NCBI GenBank assembly: GCA_026414975.1
Contig: JAOAHZ010000001.1
Coordinates: 326,086 to 390,085, forward strand
Source of the DNA: Bacteroidia bacterium
GTDB taxonomy: Bacteria; Bacteroidota; Bacteroidia; SpSt-205
Length of the DNA: 64,000 bases
Reading direction: 5' to 3'
Shown: in pieces, positions 8,479 to 18,456 of the stretch
How the letters are laid out: each line of letters starts with the position of its first letter
Position numbering within the stretch: position 1 is the first letter of the stretch
Notes under the pieces: generated by a model
The model's input: the letters and a program-made list of their open reading frames with translations, nothing else
Database searches by the model: none
Told to the model about the DNA's origin: nothing
Program-made: the position numbers and the translations under genes

Positions 8479-9858
8479 ATGGCACTGGCGCATGAGCGAG
8501 TATTCGGCCAGCGAGCGGACCTGCTTCCTGTGGCGGCGTACAAAGCCTACATAGAGACCTACGGCTGCCAGATGAACTTTGCGGATAGCGAACTGGTAGC
8601 GGGGATTTTGCAAAATACGGGATACGGCTTTACCCAGCAGCCCGAGGATGCGGACCTCGTGCTCATCAATACCTGTGCGATCCGAGAGCACGCAGAAGAG
8701 AAAATCTGGCAAAGGCTAAGGTACTTTACTTCGCTGAAACGGCAGCGTCCTCACTTGATTATAGGGGTGATTGGCTGCATGGCTGAGCGCCTCAAAAAAA
8801 GGCTACTGGATGAGGCTCCCGTGGTGGATTTGATAGCCGGCCCAGACTCCTATCGGTATTTGCCCCAGCTTATTCGGCAGGTGGAGAGTGGGACTAAAGC
8901 AGTACATGTGCTTCTTTCCCGAGAGGAGACGTACGCTGATGTGGCACCCTTGCGACTCTCACCCAATCGCGTCAGCGCCTACATTTCCATTATGCGGGGC
9001 TGTAATAATATGTGCTCGTTTTGCATTGTGCCTTTCACGCGGGGGCGGGAGCGAAGCCGACCTTGGGAAAGCATCGTAGAGGAGGTGATTCATTTGGCTG
9101 AGGCGGGTTATAGGGAGATTACCCTTTTAGGGCAGAATGTAGACTCCTACGAGGACCGAGGGGTGCGCTTTGCTCATCTTTTAGCGAAAGTAGCTGAGGC
9201 CGCCCCCCAGGTGTGGATTCGTTTCGCCACCTCTCATCCTAAGGACATGCAGGATGAAGTTTTAGAGACGATAGCTCAACATCCTAATCTTACACCCTAC
9301 ATCCATTTGCCGGTACAGGCAGGGAGTGATGCTGTTCTACAGCGCATGAATCGCGGCTACACCGCCGAATGGTATCTCCAGCGAGTGGAAGCGATCCGAC
9401 GCTATCTGCCTGATGCGGTGGTTTCTACAGATATTATTGTGGGCTTCTGTGGAGAGACGGAAGCGGATTTTGAAGAAACTTTGAAGCTGATGGAAGCGGC
9501 TCAGTTTGACTCGGTCTATCAGTTCATGTATTCAGAACGGCCAGGCACGTTTGCTGCGCGGCGGTATGCTGACGATATTCCACCTGAAGTGAAAAAAGAG
9601 CGGTTAGAGCGAGTGATTCAATCAGCTCAGGCGCTGAGCTTAGCCCGCAATCGCCTCCAAATAGGGACGCGGCAGCGCGTGCTGTTAGAGAAACCTTCAC
9701 GGCGTGACCCAAAAGACTTTGTGGGTCGTACCTTTTCTGGACGCACGACAGTGGTCCGAGGAGCAGCTGCTTTCGCTAATCCTGGCGACATAGTTTTAGC
9801 AGAGATTACCGACGCTACTTCAGCTACGCTTATCGGCTATGTATCATGTCCTAACTGA
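8479..9858 (+). CDS. miaB: tRNA-2-methylthio-N6-dimethylallyladenosine synthase
   Basis: TYGCQMN, NTCAIRE, radical SAM CNNMCSFC, C-terminal TRAM domain. Confidence 0.97.
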   Translation: MALAHERVFGQRADLLPVAAYKAYIETYGCQMNFADSELVAGILQNTGYGFTQQPEDADLVLINTCAIREHAEEKIWQRLRYFTSLKRQRPHLIIGVIGCMAERLKKRLLDEAPVVDLIAGPDSYRYLPQLIRQVESGTKAVHVLLSREETYADVAPLRLSPNRVSAYISIMRGCNNMCSFCIVPFTRGRERSRPWESIVEEVIHLAEAGYREITLLGQNVDSYEDRGVRFAHLLAKVAEAAPQVWIRFATSHPKDMQDEVLETIAQHPNLTPYIHLPVQAGSDAVLQRMNRGYTAEWYLQRVEAIRRYLPDAVVSTDIIVGFCGETEADFEETLKLMEAAQFDSVYQFMYSERPGTFAARRYADDIPPEVKKERLERVIQSAQALSLARNRLQIGTRQRVLLEKPSRRDPKDFVGRTFSGRTTVVRGAAAFANPGDIVLAEITDATSATLIGYVSCPN

Positions 9859-11017
9859 AAGTCCTCGGGATATTGCTCGGCGCTTTCGTCTAATCGGGGA
9901 ATGGCCGCCGTTTCTGCGCGCCGTGGAGTTAGCGGCTCGGGTTGCCCCTACTAATGTTCCTGTCCTCATTTTGGGAGAAAATGGAACCGGCAAAGAGATA
10001 TTTGCCCATATTTTGCATCAGCTAAGCTTGCGACGGGACAAGCCGCTTTTAGCCATCAACTGCGGCGCTATTCCTGAAGGAACGATAGATTCAGAGCTTT
10101 TCGGCCACGAAAAAGGGGCATTTACCTCGGCTTATGAGAGCCGAAAAGGCTACTTTGAAGTAGCCAATGGCGGAACCCTCTTTCTGGACGAAATCGGGGA
10201 AATGCCCTTAGGAACTCAGGCGCGGCTCCTCCGCGTCTTGGAGACGGGGGAGTATTTGCGTGTCGGTAGTAGCAGGGTCCAGAAGACCGACGTGCGCGTG
10301 ATAGCCGCTACAAACAGAGACCTGCTGGGCCTTATCCGCAAAGGAAAGTTTCGCGAAGACTTGTACCATCGTCTGAATACGATTACGATCCGCGTGCCCC
10401 CTCTGCGCGAAAGAGGACGAGATGTGGAACTGCTATTTGAGTTTTTTGTAGATGAGCTATCTCGAGAATGGGGCGTTCCCCCTGTAGAGTTAGATTCTGG
10501 GGCGGTGGAAAAATTGATGCGTTATCCTTGGCCTGGTAATGTTCGCGAGCTCAAGCACTTAGTAGAAAAGCTCCTTATCCTGCATCCAGGCCAGCGTATC
10601 ACGGCAGCTATTTTACAGGAATATCTGCCCGAACGCGAGGTTCTACTCCCCGTGGTATATGAAGGGGGCTCGCCTCTGCCTCGTTCCGCTAAGAGGTCTA
10701 TCTCGGAAGACCTTATTTATGCGAAGTTTGAACGACTGGAGACCCTTCTCCTGCGCATCCAGGATTCGCTCTCGCTTCTTCAGGAGATGACGCGCCAAAT
10801 AGGGCAGCATATTCTAGATAGCGACAAAGGTCGTCTACCGCCTGCGACGCCTTCCTCAGACATCCAAGATTTTTCTTTGGAAGCAAACGAGCGACGACTC
10901 ATAGAGGCTGCTCTTCGACATTACAACGGAAACCGTAAGCGAGCCGCTCAGGCCCTAGGCATCGCCGAACGAACCCTGTATCGAAAGATCGAAGATTATG
11001 GGCTTGAGGGGCTCTAA
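9839..11017 (+). CDS. Sigma-54-interacting AAA+ regulator with Fis HTH, no receiver domain
   Basis: GENGTGKE, SELFGHEKGAFTSA, LFLDEIGE, WPGNVREL, AAQALGIAERTLYRK. Confidence 0.93.
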   Translation: MYHVLTESPRDIARRFRLIGEWPPFLRAVELAARVAPTNVPVLILGENGTGKEIFAHILHQLSLRRDKPLLAINCGAIPEGTIDSELFGHEKGAFTSAYESRKGYFEVANGGTLFLDEIGEMPLGTQARLLRVLETGEYLRVGSSRVQKTDVRVIAATNRDLLGLIRKGKFREDLYHRLNTITIRVPPLRERGRDVELLFEFFVDELSREWGVPPVELDSGAVEKLMRYPWPGNVRELKHLVEKLLILHPGQRITAAILQEYLPEREVLLPVVYEGGSPLPRSAKRSISEDLIYAKFERLETLLLRIQDSLSLLQEMTRQIGQHILDSDKGRLPPATPSSDIQDFSLEANERRLIEAALRHYNGNRKRAAQALGIAERTLYRKIEDYGLEGL

Positions 11018-11501
11018 AGAGCTTATAGGTCTCCTTGGATGGCTATTGACAAGCTGTGCTTATTCATTTCGTAGTGGAGCCCTTCCGCCTGATGTACAAA
11101 CGGTCAGCATTCCTCCTATCCAAAATGAAGCTTCCCTGGTCATTCCTACTTTGACGCAGACTTTTGCTGAAGCGCTTCGGCAGAAATTTATTTCACAATC
11201 ACCTCTCAGCCTTGTCTCAGAGAAGGGGGATTTAACTTTATATGGGCGGGTTGTGGACTTCAAAGTAGCCCCTGTGGCGATTCAGGGGACCCAGCAAGCT
11301 GCCCAAAATCGTCTAAGCATTACGGTTCATATCCGATGTGTCAGCGCTCGCCATCCTGAGCTAAACTGGGAACAAAGCTTCATGAACTTTGCAGACTTTC
11401 CCGCAGCTCAACCCTTGACCGCTGTACAAGAGGTACTCATTGCTGATATTTGTGAGCGGATTGCCCAAGACATTGTGAATAAAACCTTATCTTACTGGTG
11501 A
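10998..11501 (+). CDS. lptE: LptE family lipoprotein
   Basis: Lipobox LTSC then YSF; position after miaB and the sigma54 regulator as in Bacteroidota; ends in W. Confidence 0.8.
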   Translation: MGLRGSKELIGLLGWLLTSCAYSFRSGALPPDVQTVSIPPIQNEASLVIPTLTQTFAEALRQKFISQSPLSLVSEKGDLTLYGRVVDFKVAPVAIQGTQQAAQNRLSITVHIRCVSARHPELNWEQSFMNFADFPAAQPLTAVQEVLIADICERIAQDIVNKTLSYW

Positions 11502-11502
11502 T

Positions 11503-13356
11503 ATGAACTGGCACGAAGTATATCTGCACATGAAAGCGGGGGCTGCGTTAGATGAAGCCCATCAGCGGGAGATAGCGGCTGCACTGGAGAAGTACCCCTT
11601 TTTCGCTATGGGACGGATGATGATGGCGAAGGTGGCGACGAAATTGGGTGACCCTCGGGCTCAACAGCTACGGTTTTTAGGTTCCTTGTATGCGCCCTCT
11701 CGTCAGTCCTATGCATTCTTCTTGGAGGAGCGAATGCGTCCTAAAGTAGCCCCCCCGCCTCGTCTGACATCTTCAGGACGGGAGTCTCAGACGCCCCCTG
11801 CTCGTAGCGAGCAAAAAGAAGAGCAGTCTCCTTCTAACGAGGAGCCTGGTCCCCCTGAAATGCCTTTCTCTGAGGCCTTTTTGCCCTCTCTACAGGGATG
11901 GGTGGCAGCACGCCGCACGCTGTATCAGAAGTTAGGTCAGCGCCTTCGTGCTCAGCTTGCAGCGTCTTCGGCTATGTTTCCTTCGGCTGTTTCTACCCAA
12001 AACGAATCATCCCCTGTTTCAGAAGAGCTAATAGCTCCGGAGGAGGCTCAGGCTTCCTCCTCAGCTGAGACCGCGCGTTTTCCCCAACCTACAACCTCTT
12101 CAGAGGCAGCTCCTGTCCAATTAATGGACAGGCCCCTTTCTTCCCGAGAAACTTCTACTTCCCCCCACTCGGAGCTAACGCCGACCCAATCTCCTCCCTT
12201 AGAACCTGACCCTTTAGAGAGCTCGCAAACATTCCGAAAACTTCCATCTACTTCTGCGAGGATACCCCATGTAGTAGCCTTCACTCCCTTAGGAGTGAGA
12301 AATCTACTGCAGTTTGAGCTGCCTAAGTCTGAAAGCGCCTCTGTACAACTTCTACCCGCTCAAGCAGCCTCAATTCAAACAGAATCTCCTGCTGGTCAGC
12401 AAATTCCATCATCAACCCCTACCTCTCCTGCATCGGATGAAATGTCCGCTACCCCTGAGGCTGAAACACCCTCCTTGATCTATCCAGAGACACTTCGGGA
12501 ACAGTTCCACCGAAGCTACGTACCTCTGGAAGAGAGCCATGCTTCCGTACATTTATCGTATGAAACTTCCCCCTCCCAGCCAGTCTCTTCTACTGAAGAG
12601 AGCTCAGTGTCTGAGGAAGCGGCTGTCTCTATTCCGAAGGCTGGGGAGGGCTTTCATAGAGCCTACATTCCTTTAGAAGGGGTGGAAAATCGCATCCATC
12701 TTGATAGTTCCTCGGGGTCATTGGATGCTCCTTCGTCAGTAGTGTATAAGAGCGACAGCCCCATACGATCATTTGTACCTCTGGATATAGATGTAGAAGC
12801 CTCTATTCATCTACCTGTACCCGAAGTTGAGACAACGCCTCCTTCTGAACCCCTCTCCCGCTCTTCCAGCGAAGGTGAGCCTGCCTCAGCACCCCCATCG
12901 GAGCAAAAGCCGGGGAGCATGTGGCATTCCTTTTTAGCTGAGCTGCAAAAAGAACTACCTCTCCCTGAAGCGATGACTCAACCCGCGACTCGGGAGTTGG
13001 AAGGGCTTCGTCGGGAGTTTATTCGGCGATTGCTCTCGCAGCGACTTATCCAGCCTCATGCTGCTCCTTCTGTATCTGATACAGACCTCATAGATACGCT
13101 GATTAAGAAGCTGGAAGCCTTTCGACCCCATGCGCCACCGCCAGAGCGCGAAGTACCCGACCTTACGGTACCTAATTGGGAGCCAGCCGATACAGCCCCC
13201 CGTATTTATACGGAGACCATGGCTAAGCTCTACTGGTCCCAAGGCGATGCCGTGAAAGCTATAGAGGTGTATGAAGTGCTTATTCGTAAAAACCCCCAAA
13301 ACGCTGAACACTATCGTCGGCAGATAGAGCGGATTCGTGCCGGTGAAAGTCCATGA
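11503..13356 (+). CDS. Hypothetical protein with long Ser/Pro/Glu linker and C-terminal TPR
   Basis: N-terminal LEKYPFF; C-terminal TETMAKLYWSQG..KAIEVYEVL..NP, typical of the gene following lptE. Confidence 0.8.
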   Translation: MNWHEVYLHMKAGAALDEAHQREIAAALEKYPFFAMGRMMMAKVATKLGDPRAQQLRFLGSLYAPSRQSYAFFLEERMRPKVAPPPRLTSSGRESQTPPARSEQKEEQSPSNEEPGPPEMPFSEAFLPSLQGWVAARRTLYQKLGQRLRAQLAASSAMFPSAVSTQNESSPVSEELIAPEEAQASSSAETARFPQPTTSSEAAPVQLMDRPLSSRETSTSPHSELTPTQSPPLEPDPLESSQTFRKLPSTSARIPHVVAFTPLGVRNLLQFELPKSESASVQLLPAQAASIQTESPAGQQIPSSTPTSPASDEMSATPEAETPSLIYPETLREQFHRSYVPLEESHASVHLSYETSPSQPVSSTEESSVSEEAAVSIPKAGEGFHRAYIPLEGVENRIHLDSSSGSLDAPSSVVYKSDSPIRSFVPLDIDVEASIHLPVPEVETTPPSEPLSRSSSEGEPASAPPSEQKPGSMWHSFLAELQKELPLPEAMTQPATRELEGLRREFIRRLLSQRLIQPHAAPSVSDTDLIDTLIKKLEAFRPHAPPPEREVPDLTVPNWEPADTAPRIYTETMAKLYWSQGDAVKAIEVYEVLIRKNPQNAEHYRRQIERIRAGESP

Positions 13357-14024
13357 TAGAATGGATCTTTCCTCGGTTCTGCGTGAGCTGTGATGCGCCT
13401 CTCTTGCCTTCAGAAAAGGAGGGGGCTTGCCTGAAATGTCTTTTAGAGCTTCCTAAGACGGATTTCTGGTTTTTTCCCTGTGCGAATGAGGGCTACTATC
13501 GCCTTGCTCCTCATGCACCTAACCTACGTGGGGTGGTATGTGGATTTTGGTATGGGGTGGGAAGTCCGCTTCGGCGATGGATACAAGCGGCAAAATATGA
13601 AGGGCAACCTCGTCTCTTGTATGCTGCAGCTCGGCACATGGCTGCTTTGAGCGAGCGATATTTGCCTTTATCGGAGATTCAGGGCATCTTGCCAATACCC
13701 ATATCGGCTCTCAGGTGGCGCAAACGGGGCTATAATCAAGCTGAATGGGCTGCACGAGGTTTCTCAGAAGGGTGGAATATACCCCTTCTTAGTCGGCACT
13801 GGGTTCGTCGCCCTAGCTCGGGTTCTCAACTAGGGCGAAAGCAGACAGCTCGCTGGATAGAACTGGAGGGAGAGTTTCGGTGTGTTCGCCCGCTGCCTTC
13901 CGTAGTGGCGGTAGTGGATGATGTACTGACGACGGGGGCAACGCTGGCGGCAGCGCTGCGCAGCCTACCCGCATCTACGGCGGCTTGGGTACTGACCGTT
14001 GGCATCACCCAGCGTCGTCGCTAA
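13353..14024 (+). CDS. ComF family protein (zinc ribbon + PRTase)
   Basis: CVSC..CLKC, RGYNQA, VVDDVLTTGATL. Confidence 0.9.
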   Translation: MIEWIFPRFCVSCDAPLLPSEKEGACLKCLLELPKTDFWFFPCANEGYYRLAPHAPNLRGVVCGFWYGVGSPLRRWIQAAKYEGQPRLLYAAARHMAALSERYLPLSEIQGILPIPISALRWRKRGYNQAEWAARGFSEGWNIPLLSRHWVRRPSSGSQLGRKQTARWIELEGEFRCVRPLPSVVAVVDDVLTTGATLAAALRSLPASTAAWVLTVGITQRRR

Positions 14025-14029
14025 CTTTG
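14022..14029 (+). promoter_or_regulatory. -7 element TAACTTTG of pdhB
   Basis: Exact TAnnTTTG that includes the comF stop codon; 4 nt before ATG 14034. Confidence 0.6.
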
Positions 14030-14033
14030 CCGT

Positions 14034-15017
14034 ATGGCCATTCTACAGTTACGGGAAGCGCTGCGTGCGGCGTTGAGAGAGGAGATGCAGCGCGACCCTC
14101 GTGTCTTCCTTATGGGAGAAGAGGTAGGTGAGTATAACGGGGCCTACAAGGTCAGCGAAGGCCTGTTAGCTGAGTTTGGACCTCAACGCGTGATTGATAC
14201 ACCTATCTCTGAGTTAGGCTTTGCTGCTATAGGGGTTGGCGCAGCTATGGTGGGCCTGCGTCCAGTGATAGAGTTCATGACCTTCAACTTTGCTCTCCTG
14301 GCTATTGATCAAATCGTCAATCACGCCGCTAAGATGCTTCATATGAGTGGGGGTCAGTTTTCGATTCCTATTGTTTTTCGCGGTCCGAGCGGTTCAGCTG
14401 GTCAACTCGCTCAACAGCATTCTCAATCATTTGAAAACTGGTATGCAAATGTACCTGGTCTCAAAGTGGTGTCTCCGAGCACTCCTCGGGATGCTAAAGG
14501 GCTTCTCAAGAGTGCCATTCGGGATGAGGACCCCGTGATTGTAATGGAGTCCGAGCTTATGTATGGCATGAAGGGGGAAGTGCCGGAGGACTCTGATTTT
14601 CTCATACCGATTGGGGTAGCCGATATCAAGCGGCCTGGTACAGATGTAACCATAGTTGCATTTGGCAAAATGGTCCATGTAGCCTTAGAGGCAGCTCAAG
14701 CCCTCGAGCAGGATGGTTTGTCTGCGGAGGTTATAGACTTGCGCAGCTTGAGACCGATAGATTATGCAACGATTATTCAGTCGGTACAGCGTACCAATCG
14801 ACTGGTAGTAGTAGAGGAGTCTTGGCCTTTGGCCGGATTGGCGGCGGAGGTGGCTTTTGCGGTGCAACGCTGGGCATTTGACTATTTAGATGCTCCGATT
14901 GTTCGGATCACGGGGGCCGACACACCGATGGCTTATGCCCCTACGCTGGTAGAAGCTTTTTTACCTAACCCTAAAAAGGTGGTGGAGGCGGCGAAGTATG
15001 TATCCTACCGGCTCTGA
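14034..15017 (+). CDS. pdhB: Pyruvate dehydrogenase E1 beta subunit
   Basis: GEEVGEYNGAYKVS, DTPISE, EFMTFNF, QHSQ, AFDYLDAP. Confidence 0.96.
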   Translation: MAILQLREALRAALREEMQRDPRVFLMGEEVGEYNGAYKVSEGLLAEFGPQRVIDTPISELGFAAIGVGAAMVGLRPVIEFMTFNFALLAIDQIVNHAAKMLHMSGGQFSIPIVFRGPSGSAGQLAQQHSQSFENWYANVPGLKVVSPSTPRDAKGLLKSAIRDEDPVIVMESELMYGMKGEVPEDSDFLIPIGVADIKRPGTDVTIVAFGKMVHVALEAAQALEQDGLSAEVIDLRSLRPIDYATIIQSVQRTNRLVVVEESWPLAGLAAEVAFAVQRWAFDYLDAPIVRITGADTPMAYAPTLVEAFLPNPKKVVEAAKYVSYRL

Positions 15018-15753
15018 CCTCGCGCTGAACGTATAGAAGCAGAGCGGCTGCAACGGCAGCGTTGAGCGATTCAGCTTGAGAAAGAGGATCGGGAGGTATG
15101 GACACCTTAGGCCATCTTTGAGGGGCTCGCTGAACCCCATGGGCTTCACTGCCGATATAAAGGCTATCGTACTGCGACCAATCTACCTCATGGGCTGGGA
15201 TTCCCTTCAAAGCAGCGACTATGCAGCGTCCTTCGTAGCCCTGAAGCAGCTCATCCCAACGGTCTGTTCGTTGCACATTCAAGCGAAACAGGCTCCCCAT
15301 GCTGGCCCGCACTGCCTTTGGGCTGAAAGGATCAGCGCTGTCAGCAGTCAGCCAGAGATGCTTCCACCCTAACCACTCCATAGAACGAATGAGCGTCCCT
15401 AAGTTTCCGGGGTCTTGGAGCCGTTCCACTAAGACAGCTGGAGGGAAGGGAGGAAAAAGGTAAGGTTGGGGGAGACGCAAAATGGTAACAAAGCCGTCGG
15501 GTGTCTCTTGTCCGCTGATTCGTCGGATTTGCCAAGAGGGCAGGGGAAAGGCTCGCTCATTGAGAGGAGAAGGCAAAAAAGGAGGCAATTCAGCTTGGTC
15601 GTATAATATAGCGTGGAATCGATCCAGACTCAGACTGCGAAGCGCTTCGGTCAGAAGCTTCCTGCCCGGTGCTATGAAGAGACCGGTAGCCCGACGATGC
15701 GCTGCGTCTTGGAGGCGGTAATAGTATTCAGGCGGATGGGGCAGACGAGGCAC
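14971..15753 (-). CDS. TrmH/SpoU family RNA methyltransferase
   Basis: LQDPGNLGTLIRS, KAVRASMGS, GSEAHG, ESLNAAVA. Confidence 0.93.
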   Translation of the reverse strand: MPRLPHPPEYYYRLQDAAHRRATGLFIAPGRKLLTEALRSLSLDRFHAILYDQAELPPFLPSPLNERAFPLPSWQIRRISGQETPDGFVTILRLPQPYLFPPFPPAVLVERLQDPGNLGTLIRSMEWLGWKHLWLTADSADPFSPKAVRASMGSLFRLNVQRTDRWDELLQGYEGRCIVAALKGIPAHEVDWSQYDSLYIGSEAHGVQRAPQRWPKVSIPPDPLSQAESLNAAVAAALLLYVQREVRAGRIHTSPPPPPF

Positions 15754-17590
15754 TGGCAGACTGCAGACGCTGCTGCAGACGCTTAATCATCTCTTGAGTG
15801 CGAGTGATTTGGGATTGCGTTTCCGTGATCTTGCCTTCTATTTCTTTGCGTAGCGGCTCACTGCCTTTGCCACGAGCTAAGAGAGCAAGGGTGTTTTGAT
15901 AGCCTTGAAGGTCCTGCTTGTATTTATTCAGTTGAGCTCGCAGAGATTCTATGCTCTTGCGAATCTGGGCCGGGGATTGCCGAGCAATTTGGGCGGTCAT
16001 CCAGGCTTCTTGGAACTGGGCTTCGGTTAGGCCAGCATTGGCAATGAAACGCTGAATCGCTTGTCGCTGCCGATTGAGAAGCCGTTCCCGATGAGAAGGA
16101 GCAACTTCTCCGGCTTGATCGTATTCCATGAGCTTAGCAACGAACTCTTCTAATTTCTCGGGCTTAGCTTGCTCGCTGAGTTCATCCATCTGATTGAGGA
16201 GGTGGATCCGCTTTTCTAAATGTTCGTTGAGTTTCCGAGCATAAGCCTTTTGGGCTTCTCGGAGTTGGGCTCCTACTTCGCTCAGTTGCTGGGTAACTTC
16301 AGCGATGGGGGGCTCAGCTTGGAATCGATGGGCGCGCCGCTTCCAAGGAGCCACTCGGGAGCGATAGATTTTGACAGCTTCGGGAATGTCGTTGCCCTTC
16401 ATGTGTTTTTGGACCTCGCGGATGATTTGGCGGCCAACTTCGACTAAACGATTAATCTGTTTGCGGCGATATTCCTGGCTGAATGCTTCGGATTTCTCAT
16501 TGAAGGTATCCAGAAGTTCGCTAAACTGCTGGTTGAGTGGAGCGTAAAATCGCCGTACTTCTTTAGAGTCGTCTTGGGCGAGGGATTTTTCTGTAAGGGT
16601 GCGCCATTCCCGCACGTACTGGCGAACTTGACGATTAGCTTCTTTCCATTCGTCGGGGGTCTGATAGGTTCTCTCTACCAGTGGACGCAGGAGCTCTAAA
16701 ATCTGGCGCTTGCGGCGGAATGTGTCTTGGAGAATGGGATTCTTTTGTACGCGCTGGTAGGCTTGGGAGCGGAAAAGATTATACTGCTCGCGAAACTTAC
16801 GAACAAGCTGGCGGTAGGTTTCGCCCAGCTCGCGCTCTTGTCGGCTATTCAGACGGGGCAGAGATTGCCATTCGCTCTGCAGGAGAGCCAGTCGGTCTCG
16901 CTGCTGTTGCCAAAACTCAAAGGTCGTCTGGGCCCCTTCGGGAGGGAATAGCTTTTCTATCTCTGCTACTATCTGGGCTCGCCGTTGAAACAAAGCGTTT
17001 CTTTCCCCCTCAAATATGTCCTTGTAGCGCTGGTAGAGGGCATCAAACTGTCCTAAGAAGTCTTTTATAGGCCGTTCTAGCTCCTTGCGGTCGCTTGGGA
17101 GTAGCTCGCGGCGCAGCCGCAACCACTCTCGACTGATTTGGCGCACCCGGGGATACTCATCTAACTGTTCATTAAGCACGATATCCTTGAGTTGAGCTAA
17201 GAGCATACGAGCCTTTTCAGCGTTTTCCCGGCAGCGCTGCTCGTAGGCTTCTCGAGCCGCCTCAAATCGTATCGTCGCATCTTCAAATCGCCGCTGAAAT
17301 TTCTCTAATCGCGGAATGTCCTCCTTAGGGTTGGAGCGCCATTCGGACATGTGCTGATTTACGAAGCGCTTGAAGGCTTGGATAAGGGGGTTGTAGCTAC
17401 GCTGGTAGGGTAGTTGGACTAAATACTCTGTCAATAGCGTAACTTCCGACAAATGGGGGCGGCGTCTTTCTAGCTCGCGTTTCAGATTTTCTGGACTTTC
17501 TGAAAGAAGCTCCTCTAAAGTCTTTCGTAGGTGCTCTTCAGGAAAAGAGACCTCCACATCGGGCTGCTCAGGGGTTTGATGCTCCACCAT
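15728..17590 (-). CDS. DUF349-like helical repeat/coiled-coil protein
   Basis: Repeated helical units with W (ISREW, LQSEW, VREW); C-terminal YQNTLALL..EPLRKEIEGKI resembles Bacteroidota DUF349 proteins. Confidence 0.7.
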   Translation of the reverse strand: MVEHQTPEQPDVEVSFPEEHLRKTLEELLSESPENLKRELERRRPHLSEVTLLTEYLVQLPYQRSYNPLIQAFKRFVNQHMSEWRSNPKEDIPRLEKFQRRFEDATIRFEAAREAYEQRCRENAEKARMLLAQLKDIVLNEQLDEYPRVRQISREWLRLRRELLPSDRKELERPIKDFLGQFDALYQRYKDIFEGERNALFQRRAQIVAEIEKLFPPEGAQTTFEFWQQQRDRLALLQSEWQSLPRLNSRQERELGETYRQLVRKFREQYNLFRSQAYQRVQKNPILQDTFRRKRQILELLRPLVERTYQTPDEWKEANRQVRQYVREWRTLTEKSLAQDDSKEVRRFYAPLNQQFSELLDTFNEKSEAFSQEYRRKQINRLVEVGRQIIREVQKHMKGNDIPEAVKIYRSRVAPWKRRAHRFQAEPPIAEVTQQLSEVGAQLREAQKAYARKLNEHLEKRIHLLNQMDELSEQAKPEKLEEFVAKLMEYDQAGEVAPSHRERLLNRQRQAIQRFIANAGLTEAQFQEAWMTAQIARQSPAQIRKSIESLRAQLNKYKQDLQGYQNTLALLARGKGSEPLRKEIEGKITETQSQITRTQEMIKRLQQRLQSASASSAPSA

Positions 17591-17599
17591 ATAGCCCTA

Positions 17600-17629
17600 C
17601 AAAGGTACAAGGAAATCGGCATACATTTG
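17600..17629. promoter_or_regulatory. Divergent -7 elements
   Basis: TACCTTTG on - (17600-17607, 9 nt to ATG) and TACATTTG on + (17622-17629, 7 nt to ATG). Confidence 0.65.
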
Positions 17630-17636
17630 TGCTTAT

Positions 17637-18452
17637 ATGGGAAAGCTCATAGCTGGGATCGATTATAGCCCAGCCTCTTTATGCGCACTCGAAGCCCTTC
17701 TGCTTCTGCAAAAAGCCTTGAAAAACTCTATCGCTCTCTATCATGCCTATCAGTTGCCAAAAGGACTTCCATTCCTCTCAGCTCATGTCATAGAGGACAT
17801 GGAGATGGAAGCAGAAAGAACAGCGATACAGAGACTACGCCATTTTTTGCGAGAATCTTTACCAGACCGGGCGGCGCAACGCATTCAAATCATTGCCCAG
17901 CGAGATTTTCTCACCGAAGGGTTGAGCCGGTATCTCCAAACGGGGCGATTCAGCCTTTTAGCGTTAGGTGCGCGAGGCGAAGCTGAAACCGAGTCAGAGC
18001 CTATCGGCTTCCATGCTCGTCATTTTATTCAGCACTCCCCGATACCTGTTCTAATCACATTTCCCCACACGACCGTAACTTGGAAGCGGCTTTTGGTGGC
18101 TTATGAGCCCAATTTTCGTTCGCCTGGGGGCCAGCGGTTTCTGAGACAACTTACCCGCAAGCTTAACCTTCCCGTGGCAGGCTTACCACTCTTGCGCCCT
18201 AATCCTAACCTGGACCGTGTGCATAATCAAATTCGGCGTATAACGCGGGCTACGGACTACCAGCGAGTTGTTTGGGACGGAGCTCACCTTGTGCGGCTTC
18301 TCCTTCAAGCCGCTCGTTCTTACGAAGCGGATGTCATAGCTTATTTCAGTGAGCCTCAGGGCATCCTTCAGGGCATGCGTTCTATGATGGAAACTGAATT
18401 AGATGGACAACCTGCGTGGATGTTTTTCCCAGGCTTCTCCCCTGTAGAGTAG
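17637..18452 (+). CDS. Universal stress protein (tandem Usp)
   Basis: LIAGIDYSPAS, LYHAY, LALGARG, SPIPVLI. Confidence 0.85.
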   Translation: MGKLIAGIDYSPASLCALEALLLLQKALKNSIALYHAYQLPKGLPFLSAHVIEDMEMEAERTAIQRLRHFLRESLPDRAAQRIQIIAQRDFLTEGLSRYLQTGRFSLLALGARGEAETESEPIGFHARHFIQHSPIPVLITFPHTTVTWKRLLVAYEPNFRSPGGQRFLRQLTRKLNLPVAGLPLLRPNPNLDRVHNQIRRITRATDYQRVVWDGAHLVRLLLQAARSYEADVIAYFSEPQGILQGMRSMMETELDGQPAWMFFPGFSPVE

Positions 18453-18456
18453 ACGT

